From assembly GCA_048939765.1 (NCBI GenBank), contig JBHLPF010000013.1:1-39106 (forward strand): 39,106 nt of DNA, read 5' to 3'. Each line of letters opens with the position of its first letter. Position 1 is the stretch's first letter. Shown here in pieces: positions 36,960-39,106 of the stretch. A program made the translations under genes and the position numbers. The notes under the pieces are model-generated. The model worked only from the letters and a program-made list of their open reading frames with translations. It searched no databases and was not told where the DNA came from. Source of the DNA: Promethearchaeota archaeon (GTDB taxonomy: Archaea > Asgardarchaeota > Thorarchaeia > Thorarchaeales > Thorarchaeaceae).

Positions 36960-37050
36960 GACCTCCCAGATTGGGTTTTTCTAATAAAGCTACTTTTTGG
37001 GGAAAATGCGGCAAAAACAACGCGCCCATCTCAGTTGCGTCATAAAGAGA

Positions 37051-37088
37051 GTCCACTAAATGGACGAGGAAATGTCCCACGAAGGGAC
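37051..37088. promoter_or_regulatory. Two GTCC-N7-GGAC palindromes (operators or 3' hairpins)
   Basis: GTCCACTAAATGGAC at 37051-37065 and GTCCCACGAAGGGAC at 37074-37088. Confidence 0.4.
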
Positions 37089-37447
37089 TAGTATCCCCAT
37101 TCCTGTCCCAGTCTCTGCCTATACCAACGTTGACCTCGCTTTGTGAGGGAGTATTTGCCTCCTATTTCTTGAAGCAGGCCCATGCTGATCATACTCTCAA
37201 TCACGCCAAAGAGTTTGTCATCTGACGCTCCTGTGGCTTTCTGAAGCATTGGGAAATCCATGTTGCCTTCCCGTTTCAGGTGCTGCGCGACATCAAACTT
37301 GCCAACTGCTCTAGTTTCTCTTCGAGTCACAACATGTCCACAATTGGTACAGAGCAGGTCACCCTTGAGGTCGTCTCTTGCAACCTCTTTGCTACCACAA
37401 ATGGGGCAGGTCGCCTTTGAGAATCTAAGGCTTCTTCTATGTGACAT
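37088..37447 (-). CDS. TFIIB-type zinc ribbon fused to a winged-helix domain (119 aa)
   Basis: CPICGSKEVARDDLKGDLLCTNCGHVV, then an HTH/wing segment ending GLLQEIGGKYSLTKRG. ATG 37447. Confidence 0.8.
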   Translation of the reverse strand: MSHRRSLRFSKATCPICGSKEVARDDLKGDLLCTNCGHVVTRRETRAVGKFDVAQHLKREGNMDFPMLQKATGASDDKLFGVIESMISMGLLQEIGGKYSLTKRGQRWYRQRLGQEWGY

Positions 37448-37805
37448 TGCTTTGACCGTGCGATTCTGTTCGGGTTTCCTGATAAAACTAGCGACGTGTA
37501 TCCTAAACACAATCGCGTTCTTTACCACCAACTGACCAGAAACACGGTCACCAATTCTCAGTAATACCATATTCAGTGACCACTCAATAGTACCATGTGA
37601 ACAATCATGGCACATGCACTCAATGGACGCAAATCACAATTCAGGAACACTCGAAAGCATTCATAAGCTCCCTCTACGGAGGTCATCTTGCGAGCCTACT
37701 TCATCATCTTGCGTTAGAGGGAGCACATGTTTCAATGCTAGTACTTATCTTAGAGAGTGCTGACATCAATTGACTAGCTAGGGAGCATTAATCTTGGAGA
37801 GCAAA

Positions 37806-39106
37806 TTGACGCAAGCAGAGGAATCAGAGTCACCCTATCGTCGAGTTCTCAGGCAAAGTGACTTCACCCGGCTTTGGAGTGGACAGCTCATATCAAATGC
37901 AGGCTCATCAATAAGCTATCTAGCGCTTCTTTTCTTTGCGTTTGATATTTCGGGAACCGCTAGCGCCATGGCAGTTCTTGCAATGGTAGAAGTGCTTCCT
38001 CTTATTGCGCTCTCAGGCCTCATTGGTGTATATGTGGATCGATGGGATCGCAAGAAGATCATGATTGGTGCGGATCTGTTTCGCGCAGTATTAATCCTGC
38101 TCTTCCCCTTTGTCACACTCTTCCCAAGTTTCATGCCTCCTATAGTCTGGCTCTACATACTAACATTCATCTATTCCTCAGTCAACGCATTCTTCTTTCC
38201 CGCACGCAGTGCTGCAATCCCTTCCCTTGTCGAAACCAAGGATCTTGTCACGGCAAACTCTCTGTCTACTATGACCTTTCAGATCATCTCACTAGTCGTG
38301 ACGCCTCTAGGTGGAGTCTTAGTTGCTCTTCTGAGACCTGATTATTTCCCGGCCTTCTTCATAGATGCCATGACCTTCATTCTTTCAGCAATGCTTCTCT
38401 GGGGAATCAAGACCTCACTCGTTCCTGAGAGGGTAGATGCCAGAGAAGTATCATTCGTTGAGGAGATTATCGAAGGTGCACGAATAATCCGTATTAGCGC
38501 ATTGACGAGCTTCATAATTGGCATGTTTACTGTTCTGAGTCTGGGCTCAGGAATGGTCAATGCCTTGGTGATTCCATTCTTTGAAGGTGAGCTGGGATTC
38601 GGTTCGATACAGTTCTCATTGCTGATTAGTGGCGGTGCTGTTTCGGGTCTTCTTTCAGCTTTCTACCTTGGTAACAAGAGTCGATTGTCCAAGCCGCTCT
38701 TTCTCATAACGGGATCTATGATCCTAGCTGGGTTTGTCATTCTCGGAATGTCGCTCATATCAGACTTCACAAGTGCACTGATGCTCTTCTCGATGATTGG
38801 CCTTGTCAATGTACTACTTGGTGTTCCAGCCAACGCATTGATTCAAGAGATCATTGAGCAGGATAAGCTAGGTCGAGTATTTTCCTTTGAGAATATCATG
38901 ACCAACATCGCCCTTATACTGGGCATGGGAATCGGAGGAGTATGGGCTGATGCGGTTGGATCCAGCCGGCCGCCATTCTTCCTGGGAGGTCTGGTCATCG
39001 CAACGGTCGGGATGGTAGGTGTCCTGCTAGTGATGAGGCTCCGCCTACATTCTCAGATTGACGAAATAAGGGATGAGCGGGAAGCAGAGCCGATCCCAAT
39101 GAGTCA
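37806..39106 (+). CDS. MFS transporter (DHA3/EntS-like), 3' end beyond the window
   Basis: TTG 37806 after GGAG; FTRLWSGQLISNAG; motif A GVYVDRWDRKKIM; FFPARSAAIPSLV; LGRVFS. Frame open at the window end. Confidence 0.9.
   Translation, partial: MTQAEESESPYRRVLRQSDFTRLWSGQLISNAGSSISYLALLFFAFDISGTASAMAVLAMVEVLPLIALSGLIGVYVDRWDRKKIMIGADLFRAVLILLFPFVTLFPSFMPPIVWLYILTFIYSSVNAFFFPARSAAIPSLVETKDLVTANSLSTMTFQIISLVVTPLGGVLVALLRPDYFPAFFIDAMTFILSAMLLWGIKTSLVPERVDAREVSFVEEIIEGARIIRISALTSFIIGMFTVLSLGSGMVNALVIPFFEGELGFGSIQFSLLISGGAVSGLLSAFYLGNKSRLSKPLFLITGSMILAGFVILGMSLISDFTSALMLFSMIGLVNVLLGVPANALIQEIIEQDKLGRVFSFENIMTNIALILGMGIGGVWADAVGSSRPPFFLGGLVIATVGMVGVLLVMRLRLHSQIDEIRDEREAEPIPMS

Noticed and set aside
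36781-37080. Short ORFs 36781..36984 (+) and 36895..37080 (-)
   Set aside because: No recognisable protein features; the region is better explained by nested inverted repeats.
37040-37088. Hammerhead-like (GAGTCC...GGACGA) or RNase P-like (GAGGAAA.GTCC) sequence
   Set aside because: The CUGAUGA core and a directly following GAAA are missing, and there is no room or P4 partner for an RNase P RNA.

Overview
Gene-dense archaeal chromosomal DNA, most likely from an Asgard archaeon (Thorarchaeota-like). This is inferred from a longin-domain protein, DUF2070, ZPR1, a WD40/wHTH protein, TTG/GTG starts and TATA-type promoters. In order, the window holds: the 5' 5.6 kb of a giant secreted protein with 11 ~100-aa repeats (absent from the ORF track because it runs off the left edge); a DUF2299-like protein; a C-N hydrolase; a 2-oxoacid:ferredoxin oxidoreductase delta-alpha-beta operon with no gamma gene; an anchored M28 peptidase; a SAMHD1/dNTPase-like HD protein that has lost its catalytic residues; a protein with eight Cys3His fingers; UbiX; DUF2070; PadR with a heterodimeric ABC exporter; an 8-TM protein; a longin + tandem winged-helix protein; ZPR1; tRNA-Ala(UGC); a ~4.5 kb segment closed by a decayed copy of the tRNA 3' end; HppA; a WD40 protein; an M14 carboxypeptidase; a ~155-nt structured non-coding element; a TFB-ribbon/wHTH fusion; and an MFS transporter running off the right edge. 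The best candidate for a new system is the tRNA-Ala-anchored, integrase-less islet. It carries a TetR gene with its own operator and two radical-SAM genes resembling the tetraether lipid modifiers Gms (GMGT synthase) and Gmm (GMGT methylase). Other strong leads are the pseudo-dNTPase, the NPRL2-like longin protein, the multi-finger protein and the ncRNA/TFB-ribbon locus. Family assignments come from motif recognition by eye; no searches were run.
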